64,000 nt of DNA from Cyanobacteriota bacterium (GTDB taxonomy: Bacteria > Cyanobacteriota > Cyanobacteriia > Thermostichales > Thermostichaceae), in NCBI GenBank assembly GCA_033764955.1, contig JANRIL010000017.1:1-64000 (forward strand), written 5' to 3'. How positions within the stretch are numbered: position 1 is the stretch's first letter; every line of letters starts with the position of its first letter. The translations under genes and the position numbers were made by a program. This document shows positions 18,768 to 29,415 of this stretch, piece after piece. The notes beneath the pieces were generated by a model. The model saw only the letters and a list, made by a program, of their open reading frames with translations. It was not told the DNA's origin and did no database searches.

Positions 18768-19364
18768 TTAATCAAACCGACAGGGATCCCCTATGGCTTT
18801 GGTCAATAGTTCCCGATAGCTGATTTGCGGGATCGTGATCGCCCCAAAACGGGCTAAGTGGGGGTTGGGCAATTGAGCATCAAACAGAGAAAAGCCCCGT
18901 CGCCGTAGGTGTTCCACCAATTTGACCATTGCCACCTTCGAGCCGTTGGGCAGGTGGTAAAACATCGATTCTCCAATAAACGCCCCACCGATCACGATAC
19001 CTAAGATGCCCCCCGCCAATTCGGATCCCTGCCAGGTTTCAAAGCTGTAAGCCCAACCCGCCTGATAAAGCTGCCCATAGATAGCTTTCAAATCTTCACT
19101 AATCCAGGTTTCGGAGCGACGGGCACATCCCTCCACCACCTCTACAAACGCCTGGTTAATCGTAGGGACAAACTGTTCCCTCCGCAGGAGCGGCTTAAGG
19201 GAACGGGGACAGTGAAAGCGATCATCAAGGGGAATCAGGGTGCGGCGGTGGGTTTCATACCAGTTGAGCCGCCCCGTGCCAGAATCAGCCATCAAAAAAT
19301 AGCCCTGGGCATAGCCCTGCACGATCTGATCTAGCGAGCCGAGGTGAGCAAACGGGTCAACCAT
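18768..19364 (-). CDS. aat: Leucyl/phenylalanyl-tRNA--protein transferase
   Basis: [55 protein letters not shown]. Confidence 0.95.
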   Translation of the reverse strand: MVDPFAHLGSLDQIVQGYAQGYFLMADSGTGRLNWYETHRRTLIPLDDRFHCPRSLKPLLRREQFVPTINQAFVEVVEGCARRSETWISEDLKAIYGQLYQAGWAYSFETWQGSELAGGILGIVIGGAFIGESMFYHLPNGSKVAMVKLVEHLRRRGFSLFDAQLPNPHLARFGAITIPQISYRELLTKAIGDPCRFD

Positions 19365-19399
19365 CGGGATCCCTTATCCTCTCGGAAAAATTCTCCCGG

Positions 19400-21028
19400 C
19401 TACTCCCACTCAATCGTGCCGGGGGGTTTGGAGGTGATGTCATAGACAACACGATTGATGCCCGCCACCTCGTTGACAATTCGATTGGAAATCGTCGCCA
19501 GCAACTCGTAGGGAACATGCGCCCAGTCCGCCGTCATGCCATCCTCGCTGCTCACCAAGCGCAACACAATCGGGTAGGCATAGGTGCGTTTGTCCCCCAT
19601 TACCCCGACGGAGCGGACATCGGGTAACAACACGGCAAAGGCCTGCCACAACTGGCTATACCAACCAGACCGGTTGATTTCCTGCCGGACAATCATGTCA
19701 GCATCCCGCAACATCTCCAGCCGCTCAGCGGTCACCTCTCCAATGATGCGGATGGCTAAGCCTGGGCCAGGGAAGGGGTGGCGGTTAACAATTTCGGTGG
19801 GTAGACCTAACGAACGTCCTACTTGCCGTACTTCATCTTTGAATAATTTCCGTAATGGCTCCACCAACTTAAAGCGCAGGTTGGGCGGCAGTCCCCCCAC
19901 GTTATGGTGGCTCTTAATTTTGACCGCAATTCGCTCCCCCGTTTGCGGATCAATATTGGTGTTGGCCGACTCAATCACATCAGGATAGAGCGTGCCTTGG
20001 GCTAAATAATCAAACGGCCCCAACCGTTGGGATTCTTCCTCAAAAACTTGAATAAACTCCGCCCCGATCAACTTACGCTTTTGTTCGGGATCCGTCACCC
20101 CTTGTAGTTTGGCTAAAAAGCGCTCACGGGCATTCACATACTCCACCGGAATATGGAACTGTTCGCGGAAAATTTTCACCAGCCGCTCTGGTTCTTCCTT
20201 CCGCATGAAGCCTTGATCAATAAATACACAAACCAATTGATCACCAATCGCCTTGTAGAGCAAAAAAGCCAGGGTAGAACTATCCACACCACCGGAGAGA
20301 GCCAGCAATACTTTTTTGGATCCGACTTTGGCTCGCACCTCCCGCACGGTTTCTTCCACAAAGGTAGCGGTCGTCCAATCGGGATGGCACTGACAGATGT
20401 GATAGACGAAGTTGCGGATCAGCGCCTGTCCCCCCTGGGAATGCACCACTTCGGGATGAAACTGCACCCCATAAAACTGGCGCTGCGGATCGGCGATGGC
20501 GGCACAGGGAGTATTTTCTGTGGTGGCTAGCACCTCAAATCCATCGGGCAGTTGGGTAACAGAATCTCCGTGGCTCATCCACATAATGCTGTTGTTTTCT
20601 ACATTAGTCAGCAGATCGGTGGGATCCTGAATATGCAAAGCGGCTCGCCCATATTCCCCTTTATCGGCGGCTTCGACTTTGCCCCCCAACTGCTGCACCA
20701 TCAACTGCATCCCATAACAGACCCCCAAAATTGGGATCCCCAGTTGCCAAATGCCGGGATCGCAGACGGGCGCACCTGGGGCGTAAACCGAGTTGGGGCC
20801 ACCGGAGAGGAGGATCCCTTTCGGCTGGAGTTGGGCAAGCTGACTAGCGGAGGTTCGGTAGGAAAGCACCTCGGAATAAACCTGGGTCTCGCGGATGCGG
20901 CGAGCAATCAACTCCGAGTATTGGGATCCAAAATCAAGGATCACCAACATTTGGCGGTGGGGGGGGGTGAGGGAGAGCAGCGACTCATCATCTATCTGAG
21001 TCTGATCAGGAAAAGTTTGCAGGGTCAC
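19400..21028 (-). CDS. guaA: GMP synthase (glutamine-hydrolysing)
   Basis: [57 protein letters not shown]; start GTG 21028 or TTG 21061. Confidence 0.98.
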   Translation of the reverse strand: MTLQTFPDQTQIDDESLLSLTPPHRQMLVILDFGSQYSELIARRIRETQVYSEVLSYRTSASQLAQLQPKGILLSGGPNSVYAPGAPVCDPGIWQLGIPILGVCYGMQLMVQQLGGKVEAADKGEYGRAALHIQDPTDLLTNVENNSIMWMSHGDSVTQLPDGFEVLATTENTPCAAIADPQRQFYGVQFHPEVVHSQGGQALIRNFVYHICQCHPDWTTATFVEETVREVRAKVGSKKVLLALSGGVDSSTLAFLLYKAIGDQLVCVFIDQGFMRKEEPERLVKIFREQFHIPVEYVNARERFLAKLQGVTDPEQKRKLIGAEFIQVFEEESQRLGPFDYLAQGTLYPDVIESANTNIDPQTGERIAVKIKSHHNVGGLPPNLRFKLVEPLRKLFKDEVRQVGRSLGLPTEIVNRHPFPGPGLAIRIIGEVTAERLEMLRDADMIVRQEINRSGWYSQLWQAFAVLLPDVRSVGVMGDKRTYAYPIVLRLVSSEDGMTADWAHVPYELLATISNRIVNEVAGINRVVYDITSKPPGTIEWE

Positions 21029-21175
21029 GGTTGGGGGGGGGCGAAAAAGCTTTGACCTCAAGGGTAACAGATGTTTGTCTGGAGCCTATCGGTAAATCAA
21101 CCAAGGCAAAACCGAAGTAGCGAGGGATCCCCTTCCACGCAGGGATCCCCTTTCCATAAGGCGGTGTAGGGATCT

Positions 21176-22363
21176 CTACTGCTCCGGCAGGGAGGCTGTT
21201 CTCACCGATACCGCCAGAGATTGCCCGTTGCGACGGATGCCAATGCGAACCGTGCCATTGATCGGGCTTTGTTCCACCAACTTTTGTACCTGGCTCGACT
21301 CGCTGACAGCTTGATCCCCCAGTTGTACGATCACATCTCCGGCACGTAGACCTGCTTGATCAGCCGGAGAATTGGGCATCACCCGTGCGATCAACACCCC
21401 TTGATCATCGCTGACACTGAGGCCACTGTTGGGATCCTCGTTGATTTGTTCCCGCACCGTGGGGGTGAGGGTGATCATCTGGATGCCCAGATAGGAGCGG
21501 TTGACCTTGCCGGTGGCGATCAACTGATTGGAGATCTGCTGAACCCGGTTGATGGGAATGGAGAAGCCCAGTCCTTGCGCTCCTTGAATGATGGCGGTAT
21601 TCATGCCAATCACTTCCCCTTGAGCATTGAGCAATGGCCCCCCTGAGTTGCCGGGGTTGATGGCCGCATCCGTTTGAATGAAATCCACCCGTTTGTCCCC
21701 TACCCCCACTTCACTGCTGGATCGTCCGGTGGCGCTGATGATGCCAGCCGTCACGGTGTTATCCAGTCCTAAGGGGTTGCCAATGGCGATCACCCATTCC
21801 CCAGGCCGCAGTTGGTCGGAATCCCCCAGCGGAATGGTGGGTAGGTTAGTAGCCTGAATCTGCACCACCGCCACGTCGGTTAAGGGATCCTCCCCCAGGA
21901 CTCGCCCTTCTAGGGTGCGGCCATCTTTGAGGGTGACCGACACGCGATCCGCCCCATCCACCACATGGGCATTGGTCAAAATTTTGCCATCACTGCTGAT
22001 AATAAACCCAGAGCCAGTCCCCCGTTCCTGCCGATCCGGCCTCATGGGAATCTGGGATCCAAAAAACTCGCGGAAAATCGGATCCCGAAATTGTTCGGGC
22101 ACACGGGCAGCAACCGTGCGGGAAGCGTTGATCCGAACCACAGCAGGTCCAACCTCTTCCACCACACGGGTAATGAAGGTCGGGTCACTTGCCCCCGGTA
22201 ATGGAGCCGCGATAGCAGGAGCCTGAGTCAGCCACTCAGCGGTAGAGACAGCCCCAGGGGTCAAACTGAAGGCCAGCAGGGTCAAGCCGGATCCGAAGGT
22301 GGCTCCCACGAGGGCGGGCATCCAGCCAGATCGGAGCAGGGCAGACAGGGGATTGGATTGCAT
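21176..22363 (-). CDS. HtrA/DegP/HhoA family serine protease with PDZ domain
   Basis: [32 protein letters not shown]-terminal PDZ; GGAGG 7 nt upstream of ATG 22363. Confidence 0.95.
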   Translation of the reverse strand: MQSNPLSALLRSGWMPALVGATFGSGLTLLAFSLTPGAVSTAEWLTQAPAIAAPLPGASDPTFITRVVEEVGPAVVRINASRTVAARVPEQFRDPIFREFFGSQIPMRPDRQERGTGSGFIISSDGKILTNAHVVDGADRVSVTLKDGRTLEGRVLGEDPLTDVAVVQIQATNLPTIPLGDSDQLRPGEWVIAIGNPLGLDNTVTAGIISATGRSSSEVGVGDKRVDFIQTDAAINPGNSGGPLLNAQGEVIGMNTAIIQGAQGLGFSIPINRVQQISNQLIATGKVNRSYLGIQMITLTPTVREQINEDPNSGLSVSDDQGVLIARVMPNSPADQAGLRAGDVIVQLGDQAVSESSQVQKLVEQSPINGTVRIGIRRNGQSLAVSVRTASLPEQ

Positions 22364-22544
22364 AGACATACCTCCGAAGGAAAGAGTGAAGCCAAAACGA
22401 AGGAAATCGAAAGATTCTCTCCACAACTTTCTTTACTATAAACAGTGGGTATGACGACCTGATGGCGGGGGTGTGGCAGCCGCGTGGATTTCCGGTTGGT
22501 TATGCTAGTCCCAGATGATTCCTGACTGTGCTTGTGTTTTGTCT

Positions 22545-24473
22545 ATGCGGATCCCGTCTGTGTTGCTGCTGCTGGCCATCAGCCTGACTTGCCTGTCTGG
22601 GGAAACGATCGCTCAAACGGATCCCCTCCCTAGTTTCCCCCAACTTTTAGCCACCCCCAGTCCCCTCAGCAGTCCCGAAGCGGAAATTACCCTGCCCTTA
22701 GCCAGTGCGGCGGATCGCATTGACCTGTGGATCAACCCTCTCAACCCTGAGGAGCGGCTGGTGGCTTTGGGGGAGTTGTCGGAACAATCGGTGCAATTGC
22801 TCGATCTGGCCACCGGACAACCCCGTTGGCAGCTATCGGTGGGTTTTGCCGCCAGTGTCGTGCGGATTGATCCCCTCAACCAGTGGGTGTATGCCTCCGG
22901 CCCTGATGCCCCCGGCTTGGTCGTGATTGACCTGTTGACGGGGGAATTGGTAAAAGCCTATGGACTGGCCTCCGGTGCGCTAGATATCGACTTTGATGCC
23001 GCCAGTCAACGGGTGTTTGCTACGATGCCTGCGGCCAGCAGTGTGGCTGTAATCCAGTTAGGAGAGACCCAGGCGCGGAATTTGCCCATGCCGGGATCCC
23101 CTCTTGCCCTAGCCTACGATGCCACCCGTCAAAATTTGTTGGTGTCCCTAGCGGGGGAGGATCCCCTCAGTTTGTTGGTGGTCAATCCCGAAAACGGAGA
23201 ACGGCTGGCCCGTTGGCGCAGTGGTACCACCCCCGAAGATATGGTGATCGATTCGACCGGACAACAACTGGTGGTGCTGAACTCCGGCAGCCAAGACTTG
23301 TCGGTGGTTGACCTGAACCGCAATGGAGAAATTGTGCAGCGAATTGGGTTGGAATGGCGTCCAACCCGCCTGACCCTATCGGCGGATGGTCAGCAGGTGT
23401 TGGTGACGGCGCGGGATAGTGACCGCCTGCAAGTGGTTAGCCTAGATACGCTCCGGCTAGAAGCTACCTACAATCTGGGCAAGCAGCCAACCGGAATTGC
23501 GTATTTACCGACCCCAATGGGATCCGGAGTGGTGGTGGTGGAGGCGGGCATCCCCCGCTTGCGTTGGTTACGGTTGCCCAATCTCGCGGTGGCGACCCTC
23601 AGACAAGCCAGCCCCGCCACAGGAGCCGTCTCCGGGCGCGTCCTGGATATTGCCGGAAATCCGGTACAAACGGGATCCCTACAACTGGTCAGCCGTGACC
23701 GCACCCAACAGGAACAGGCCATTGCCGCCGATGGCAGCTATCTGATTCGGGATCTCCAGCCGGGGGTCTATCTGATTGATGTGCAGGTGCCTGGGTTTCC
23801 CCCCACCAGCACCCAGATTCAGGTGCGAGCGGGGTTTGTCTCCAGCCAGGATATCCGCCTACCTCCGGCGGATCCCCTCACCGAAGCCACGGGGATTGGC
23901 CTTTTACCGGATGCGCCCCCTTTTTCCGATGAATTAGCCCGTCATCTTGCCCCCGCCCTAGCACAACTCCAGCCGGATCGGGAGGTGATTTTGTTGAATG
24001 GTCCGGTGGGGCCTGCCGATGCTTTTCAAAACCTACTTCCTTTGATCGAAAACTTGACTCTGTTGGATCGGGACGAACGCTATACCGATGACCTGGCTAA
24101 GTTGCAGGTGATTGGCAATACCCTGGGCTTGCGCTATATCGTCCTCACCCAGATGCAGATTTCCCAAGACTACAGTCGACAAGGGAGTTCTCTCCTCAAT
24201 ACGGCGCTCCGCTTCGTGGCTCCGATGGTGCCTGTTGAGATTCCTAACTTTACTCCCAATCAACTGCGTAGTCGCGGGCTGGTGGTGATCGTAGATCTGC
24301 AAAAGGAACGACCTGGGGATAAAGCCCGCTATTACGAAGCCTATGGACGGGACGACGTAGGGGGGGATCCCCTATTTGAGGATGCGGCGGCGGGTCTGTT
24401 CCGTCTGCAAGTACGCAACATGGTGCCCGTCTTTGTCCAACAATGGCAATCCAACCCGCCGTTTGCCGGATGA
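22545..24473 (+). CDS. Secreted YncE-like beta-propeller + carboxypeptidase-regulatory-like domain protein
   Basis: Signal peptide; repeated propeller blades (VYASG..LVVIDL, VLNSGSQDLSVVDL); GAVSGRVLDIAGNPV..ADGSYLIRDLQPGVY. Confidence 0.75.
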   Translation: MRIPSVLLLLAISLTCLSGETIAQTDPLPSFPQLLATPSPLSSPEAEITLPLASAADRIDLWINPLNPEERLVALGELSEQSVQLLDLATGQPRWQLSVGFAASVVRIDPLNQWVYASGPDAPGLVVIDLLTGELVKAYGLASGALDIDFDAASQRVFATMPAASSVAVIQLGETQARNLPMPGSPLALAYDATRQNLLVSLAGEDPLSLLVVNPENGERLARWRSGTTPEDMVIDSTGQQLVVLNSGSQDLSVVDLNRNGEIVQRIGLEWRPTRLTLSADGQQVLVTARDSDRLQVVSLDTLRLEATYNLGKQPTGIAYLPTPMGSGVVVVEAGIPRLRWLRLPNLAVATLRQASPATGAVSGRVLDIAGNPVQTGSLQLVSRDRTQQEQAIAADGSYLIRDLQPGVYLIDVQVPGFPPTSTQIQVRAGFVSSQDIRLPPADPLTEATGIGLLPDAPPFSDELARHLAPALAQLQPDREVILLNGPVGPADAFQNLLPLIENLTLLDRDERYTDDLAKLQVIGNTLGLRYIVLTQMQISQDYSRQGSSLLNTALRFVAPMVPVEIPNFTPNQLRSRGLVVIVDLQKERPGDKARYYEAYGRDDVGGDPLFEDAAAGLFRLQVRNMVPVFVQQWQSNPPFAG

Positions 24474-25681
24474 TAATCAGAGCTATGGTTTTACCCTTTT
24501 TTGCTGATGGCCGGAAGATAGGACGGCTGGCTGGCTGGCTGGTCGGGGGATCCCTTTGGGTATCTGTATCGGGTGGGTGGGTTGCCTTCGCTCAAACTCC
24601 CACCCCACCCCCTGACTTAACCGATCCCCAGCCGCTTCTGCCCCGCCTCAGTCCCACCCTTGCTCCCCTCTTCCCCACCCCTGCCACTCCACCCCCGCTT
24701 GCCACCCCCTACCCTTCGCCTCCAGTCTCGACTCTCGCCTCCCCCGCCCCCCCACCACCCCTCGCCAACGCTGGACGACTGGTGGGACAGGTGCTCAATC
24801 CCGTGGGACAGCCGATTGCCCAGGCACAAGTTCGCGTCAATCTGGAGGAAACCGGATCCCTCCCCCCCCCTGAGGCTGGGGATCCCCCCGCCCAAACCGA
24901 TGAACGGGGCGGGTTTGAGCTGACCAACATTCCCCCAGGCCGCTGGACGGTGACGGTTTGGCACCCCGACTATGAAACCCAGCAAACCGAAATTTGGATC
25001 CAGGCGGGCTTGACCACCCCTATCGATGTCATGTTGCAGGCTCCCCTGGTAGCTCAACCGCAAACCCGTTTGGGGGTATTGGGGGTAGGAGGATTAGAAA
25101 AAACTCAGCTTTTGGGACAGCGCTTAGCCATCGATTCCCTGCGTTTGGGCTTAATTCCCCAGACAGACACGGTGATCCCGTTGGATAACCGCAAGCTGCA
25201 ACCGATTTTGCAGGCGGTGGAGATGCCCCTTTATGACCTATTTGAGCGAGATCGCCTCAAACCAGAGGCCGTCAAACGTTTTTTTGAATATCTGGGTTTG
25301 CAAGCCATTGTGATTGGGCGGGTGGATGTTTTATCCCGTAGCCCCTCCGCCAGTGAGATTAGCCTCAACTCCCGCAGTCGCCTAGAATTGTGGACATTCG
25401 ATGCAGAGGGGAATCTCTCCGTCAGAACCCTAGCTGAGGCCAGCCGGTCTCAAACGGAAAAAAGCAACTTGAATAGTGCCGAAATCGCCCAACTCTATCA
25501 AATTCAGGTCACCCAAATGACGGAAGAGGTGGGCAATCGCTGGCAAGAGAATAATCCGCTAGCCAGTTACTTTGATCCGCAACAAACCCAGTTGGCTCCC
25601 CAGCCCTCCCGCCTGGATACCACCGTGGAATTACGGATCCCCGCCGCGCCCCCTACGCCTTCCCCTTCTCCCTCTCCTTAG
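24470..25681 (+). CDS. Secreted Pro-rich carboxypeptidase-regulatory-like domain protein
   Basis: ATGA overlap with the upstream stop; Pro-rich linker; GRLVGQVLNPVGQPIAQAQV..TDERGGFELTNIPPGRWTVTVWHPDY. Confidence 0.75.
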   Translation: MIIRAMVLPFFADGRKIGRLAGWLVGGSLWVSVSGGWVAFAQTPTPPPDLTDPQPLLPRLSPTLAPLFPTPATPPPLATPYPSPPVSTLASPAPPPPLANAGRLVGQVLNPVGQPIAQAQVRVNLEETGSLPPPEAGDPPAQTDERGGFELTNIPPGRWTVTVWHPDYETQQTEIWIQAGLTTPIDVMLQAPLVAQPQTRLGVLGVGGLEKTQLLGQRLAIDSLRLGLIPQTDTVIPLDNRKLQPILQAVEMPLYDLFERDRLKPEAVKRFFEYLGLQAIVIGRVDVLSRSPSASEISLNSRSRLELWTFDAEGNLSVRTLAEASRSQTEKSNLNSAEIAQLYQIQVTQMTEEVGNRWQENNPLASYFDPQQTQLAPQPSRLDTTVELRIPAAPPTPSPSPSP

Positions 25682-25707
25682 GAAGCATTAACCACTAGTG
25701 TTTGGCT

Positions 25708-27150
25708 ATGTCTAGTCGTCATCAATGGCAGGATGATTTGAACGTGCAGCAGGCTAAGCGCAGCTTGCGGCAGGTAATGGCTCATCTCGATCTAAGCGAG
25801 GCCGAAAAAGCTGGCTTCACTGCCGATCTGGCTCAACTAGAAACCCTCATGCACAAGCTGGAACAGGAGGTAATTCAGATCGCGGCCTTCGGCTTGGTCA
25901 GTCGGGGCAAGTCCTCCCTCTTGAATGCCTTATTGGGCTACCCCGCCTTTGTGACTGGTCCCACCCACGGTGTTACCCAGGCCAGCCAAAAAGCCCTCTG
26001 GTCGATGGATTGGCAAACCAAGTCCAAATCCCACCGTTCCGCCGTCGGTTTGGAGCCAACCCTGCCCCCGCCATCGATTCAGTCAGTCACCCTCTGCGGT
26101 TGGGGGGGATCCCGACTGGAGTTGATCGATACCCCAGGCTTGGACGAGGTAAGGGGAGAAACACGGGCACAACTGGCGCTGCAAGTGGCGCAGGAAGCGG
26201 ATCTGATCCTGTTTGTGGTGGCGGGAGACATGACCAGGGTGGAGTTTGATGCCCTCAGCCAACTGCGGGAAGCCCGTAAACCGATGCTGCTGGTGTTCAA
26301 CAAGATCGACCAATTCCCCGACCAGGATCGGCAGGCAGTCTACGACAAAATCTGCAACGAACGGGTGAAAGAACTGCTCTCCCCCTCTGAAGTGGTGATG
26401 GCGGCGGCGGCTCCCCGCGTGGCTAGGCCCTTTGTGGAGGCGGACGGATCCCTGTCGGCTCGTCTAGAAACCGGATCCCCGCAGGTGGATGATTTGCGGA
26501 TGAAAATTTTGCAGGTACTGCATCAAGAGGGACGATCCCTTTTGGCTCTCAACACGCTGTTGGTGGCGGATCGCATTCATCAAGAGGTGTTGCAGCGCAA
26601 ATTGGATCAGCGTTCTACCCTCGCTCAGGATCTGATTTGGCAGGCGGCTCGCACCAAAGCCATCGCCGTAGCCCTCAACCCCCTGACAATTGTGGATGCG
26701 TTGGGGGGAGTGGTGATTGATGTGGGCTTGATCCTCAAACTGTCGCAGCTTTATGGGTTGGCCATGACCACCCAAGGGGCAACCCAACTGCTCCAACACA
26801 TTATTCTCAGCATGCTCAGCCTAGGAGCCGGAGAACTGGTGGCCATGCTGGGCTTGGGATCCCTCAAAACGCTGGTGGGGGCTACGGCTCCCTTCACCTC
26901 AGGGTTTTCGCTAGGGGCTTATGCCTCAGTGGCTCTCACACAAGCGGCTCTGGCGGGGTTGTCCTCTTATACGGTGGGAGCCGCCGCTAAAACCTATCTG
27001 GAGCAAGGAGCCAAATGGGGGCCAGATGGCACAAAATCCACGATTGCTCAGATCCTCGACAATATGGATGAAGCCTCCATTACGGCTCGCCTGCGAAGTG
27101 AGCTGCAATCACAATTTTTAGGGGGATCCCCGACGGGGGCAAGCTCCTAA
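25708..27150 (+). CDS. Era-like GTP-binding protein with DUF697 (YcjF-like) domain
   Basis: GLVSRGKS, DTPG, NKID motifs; hydrophobic C-terminal domain VALNPLTIVD. Confidence 0.9.
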   Translation: MSSRHQWQDDLNVQQAKRSLRQVMAHLDLSEAEKAGFTADLAQLETLMHKLEQEVIQIAAFGLVSRGKSSLLNALLGYPAFVTGPTHGVTQASQKALWSMDWQTKSKSHRSAVGLEPTLPPPSIQSVTLCGWGGSRLELIDTPGLDEVRGETRAQLALQVAQEADLILFVVAGDMTRVEFDALSQLREARKPMLLVFNKIDQFPDQDRQAVYDKICNERVKELLSPSEVVMAAAAPRVARPFVEADGSLSARLETGSPQVDDLRMKILQVLHQEGRSLLALNTLLVADRIHQEVLQRKLDQRSTLAQDLIWQAARTKAIAVALNPLTIVDALGGVVIDVGLILKLSQLYGLAMTTQGATQLLQHIILSMLSLGAGELVAMLGLGSLKTLVGATAPFTSGFSLGAYASVALTQAALAGLSSYTVGAAAKTYLEQGAKWGPDGTKSTIAQILDNMDEASITARLRSELQSQFLGGSPTGASS

Positions 27151-27253
27151 TTCCTTTCTATCGTTTTCTTCTGCCACTTCATCCACCAGGAATCCCCAAT
27201 TTTCTTGGATTTTATTCAAAAAAACCTTGACTTCTGTTCTTTATTGGGAATTG

Positions 27254-28303
27254 TTATAGTTTTTTTTCAAAAACACTTGAGAATGCCTCTAATCGCTGCC
27301 GGGCTAGCTTGGCTGCCAGTTGAATCGCTGCCTTTAAGCTCTGGCAACGGGCAACCCCCTTTCCGGCAATATCAAAAGCAGTCCCGTGATCGGGGGAGGT
27401 GCGAATAAAGGGTAATCCCATGGTCATATTCACCGCCTGATCAAAAGCCAACATCTTCAATGGAATCAACCCCTGGTCGTGGTAGAGCGCCACATAAGCA
27501 TCCGCCACTGCCGGACGGGATCCCTGCCACGCCTGCGCCACCGGGATCCACATCGTATCGGGAGCTAACGGGCCGACAATCTGGGCATGGGAGTAGTGGC
27601 GTAAGGTGTCTGTCAGCCAATCCACCTCTTCCCGACCCAAATGACCCGCTTCACCCGCGTGAGGATTCAGTCCCGCCACCGCAATCACCGGGTGTTCTAG
27701 GCCAAAATCCTGACGCAAACAGGCCACCAATGCATCCAGCTTTTGTCGGATCAGATCGGCGGACAAAACCGTCGCCACCTGCCGCAGAGGAAGATGGGTG
27801 GTCGCCAACAACACCCGCAAGGGATCCCCCGTAAAGGGAGAAGTGGCCACAAACAACATGCCGTAGCGTTGGGTTTGGCTCAACTGAGCCAGCACCTCGG
27901 TTTGCCCTGGAAAGTTATGGCCTGCCTGCTGCCAACTAAATTTGGCGATGGGCGCTGTAACGATCCCAGCCAAGGATCCCGCCACGGCTTGCTGAACCGC
28001 CAGCTTCAGGTAACCAAAACTGGCCGCTCCGGTGAGAGCATTCCCTTCTCCCCAAACCCAGGATGAGGATAACCCCGAAGGACACTCCAAAACCTCAATT
28101 GTGGCGGGATCCACCAGTGGCTCGCGGCTCAGGCAGCGCAACTGCTCAAAAGTGGCTTGCAAAATCCGGCGTTCTCCCACCACCACCACATCCGCCAACT
28201 GCCTAATTTCAGGATCCGCCAACGCCTTGAGGATAATTTCCCCGCCGATCCCCGCCGGATCCCCTAGGGTGAGGGCTAATCGTAGGGGGTGGCGCGTCAG
28301 CAT
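27254..28303 (-). CDS. pdxA: 4-hydroxythreonine-4-phosphate dehydrogenase
   Basis: TLGDPAGIGGE, VTAPIAK, GLNPHAGE, YHDQGLIPLK, RTSPDHGTAFDIAG. Confidence 0.97.
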   Translation of the reverse strand: MLTRHPLRLALTLGDPAGIGGEIILKALADPEIRQLADVVVVGERRILQATFEQLRCLSREPLVDPATIEVLECPSGLSSSWVWGEGNALTGAASFGYLKLAVQQAVAGSLAGIVTAPIAKFSWQQAGHNFPGQTEVLAQLSQTQRYGMLFVATSPFTGDPLRVLLATTHLPLRQVATVLSADLIRQKLDALVACLRQDFGLEHPVIAVAGLNPHAGEAGHLGREEVDWLTDTLRHYSHAQIVGPLAPDTMWIPVAQAWQGSRPAVADAYVALYHDQGLIPLKMLAFDQAVNMTMGLPFIRTSPDHGTAFDIAGKGVARCQSLKAAIQLAAKLARQRLEAFSSVFEKKL

Positions 28304-28383
28304 GATCAAGGCGTTGGGGAGAAGAGACAGAAAATGGTTTAATAAAAGTCTATCGATCCAGCCCTTTATCCGCATAGCCCCCT

Positions 28384-29367
28384 ATGGCAGAGACTCTTTT
28401 CTTTAATGCCCTGCGTGAAGCCCTCGACGAAGAAATGTCCAGGGATCCCAATGTGTATGTTTTGGGAGAAGACGTAGGGCACTATGGCGGATCCTATAAA
28501 GTCACGAAAGATCTCTACAAAAAGTATGGGGAATGGCGGCTTTTAGATACCCCCATTTGCGAAAATAGCTTCACGGGATTAGCAATTGGCTCAGCCATGA
28601 CCGGGCTGCGACCCGTGATCGAAGGCATGAATATGGGCTTTTTGTTGCTGGCTTTTAATCAAATTGCCAACAACGCAGGCATGTTGCGCTATACCTCTGG
28701 GGGCAACTTCAAAATTCCGATTGTGATTCGTGGCCCCGGTGGAGTGGGCAAACAACTAGGAGCCGAACATTCCCAACGCCTAGAAGCCTATTTTCAGGCT
28801 GTGCCCGGTTTGAAAATTGTCGCTTGCTCCACTCCCTACAACGCCAAAGGATTGCTGAAATCAGCGATACGAGACGATAATCCAGTCCTCTTTTTTGAGC
28901 ATGTTTTGCTCTACAACCTCAAAGAAAACCTACCGGAAACAGAATATCTCTTACCCCTCGATCAGGCCGAAATCGTCCGTCCTGGCAACGATATAACCAT
29001 TTTGACCTACTCGCGGATGCGCTACCACGTTCTCAAGGCTGTGGAACCATTGGTGGCTTCTGAAATTGATCCCGAAGTCATTGACTTGATTTCTCTCAAG
29101 CCCCTCGATATGGAAACCATTGGAAATTCTATTCGTAAAACCCATCGTGTGGTGATTGTCGAAGAAGATATGAAATCCGGTGGAATTGGTGCAGAGATCA
29201 CGGCGCGCATCATGGAAGAACTGTTTGATGAACTGGATGCTCCGGTGCTGCGGCTAGCCTCCCAAGATATTCCCACCCCCTATAACGGAGTCATGGAAGC
29301 CGCCACCATTGTGCAACCGGCTGACATTGTGGCCGCTGTCGAACAGATGCTGGGGCTAGCAGTCTAA
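28384..29367 (+). CDS. pdhB: Pyruvate dehydrogenase E1 beta subunit
   Basis: [38 protein letters not shown]. Confidence 0.97.
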   Translation: MAETLFFNALREALDEEMSRDPNVYVLGEDVGHYGGSYKVTKDLYKKYGEWRLLDTPICENSFTGLAIGSAMTGLRPVIEGMNMGFLLLAFNQIANNAGMLRYTSGGNFKIPIVIRGPGGVGKQLGAEHSQRLEAYFQAVPGLKIVACSTPYNAKGLLKSAIRDDNPVLFFEHVLLYNLKENLPETEYLLPLDQAEIVRPGNDITILTYSRMRYHVLKAVEPLVASEIDPEVIDLISLKPLDMETIGNSIRKTHRVVIVEEDMKSGGIGAEITARIMEELFDELDAPVLRLASQDIPTPYNGVMEAATIVQPADIVAAVEQMLGLAV

Positions 29368-29415
29368 TCAAAAATTCGTTGCTAAGATTTGCATGAGCTA
29401 GCAGTAGCAAGCACC

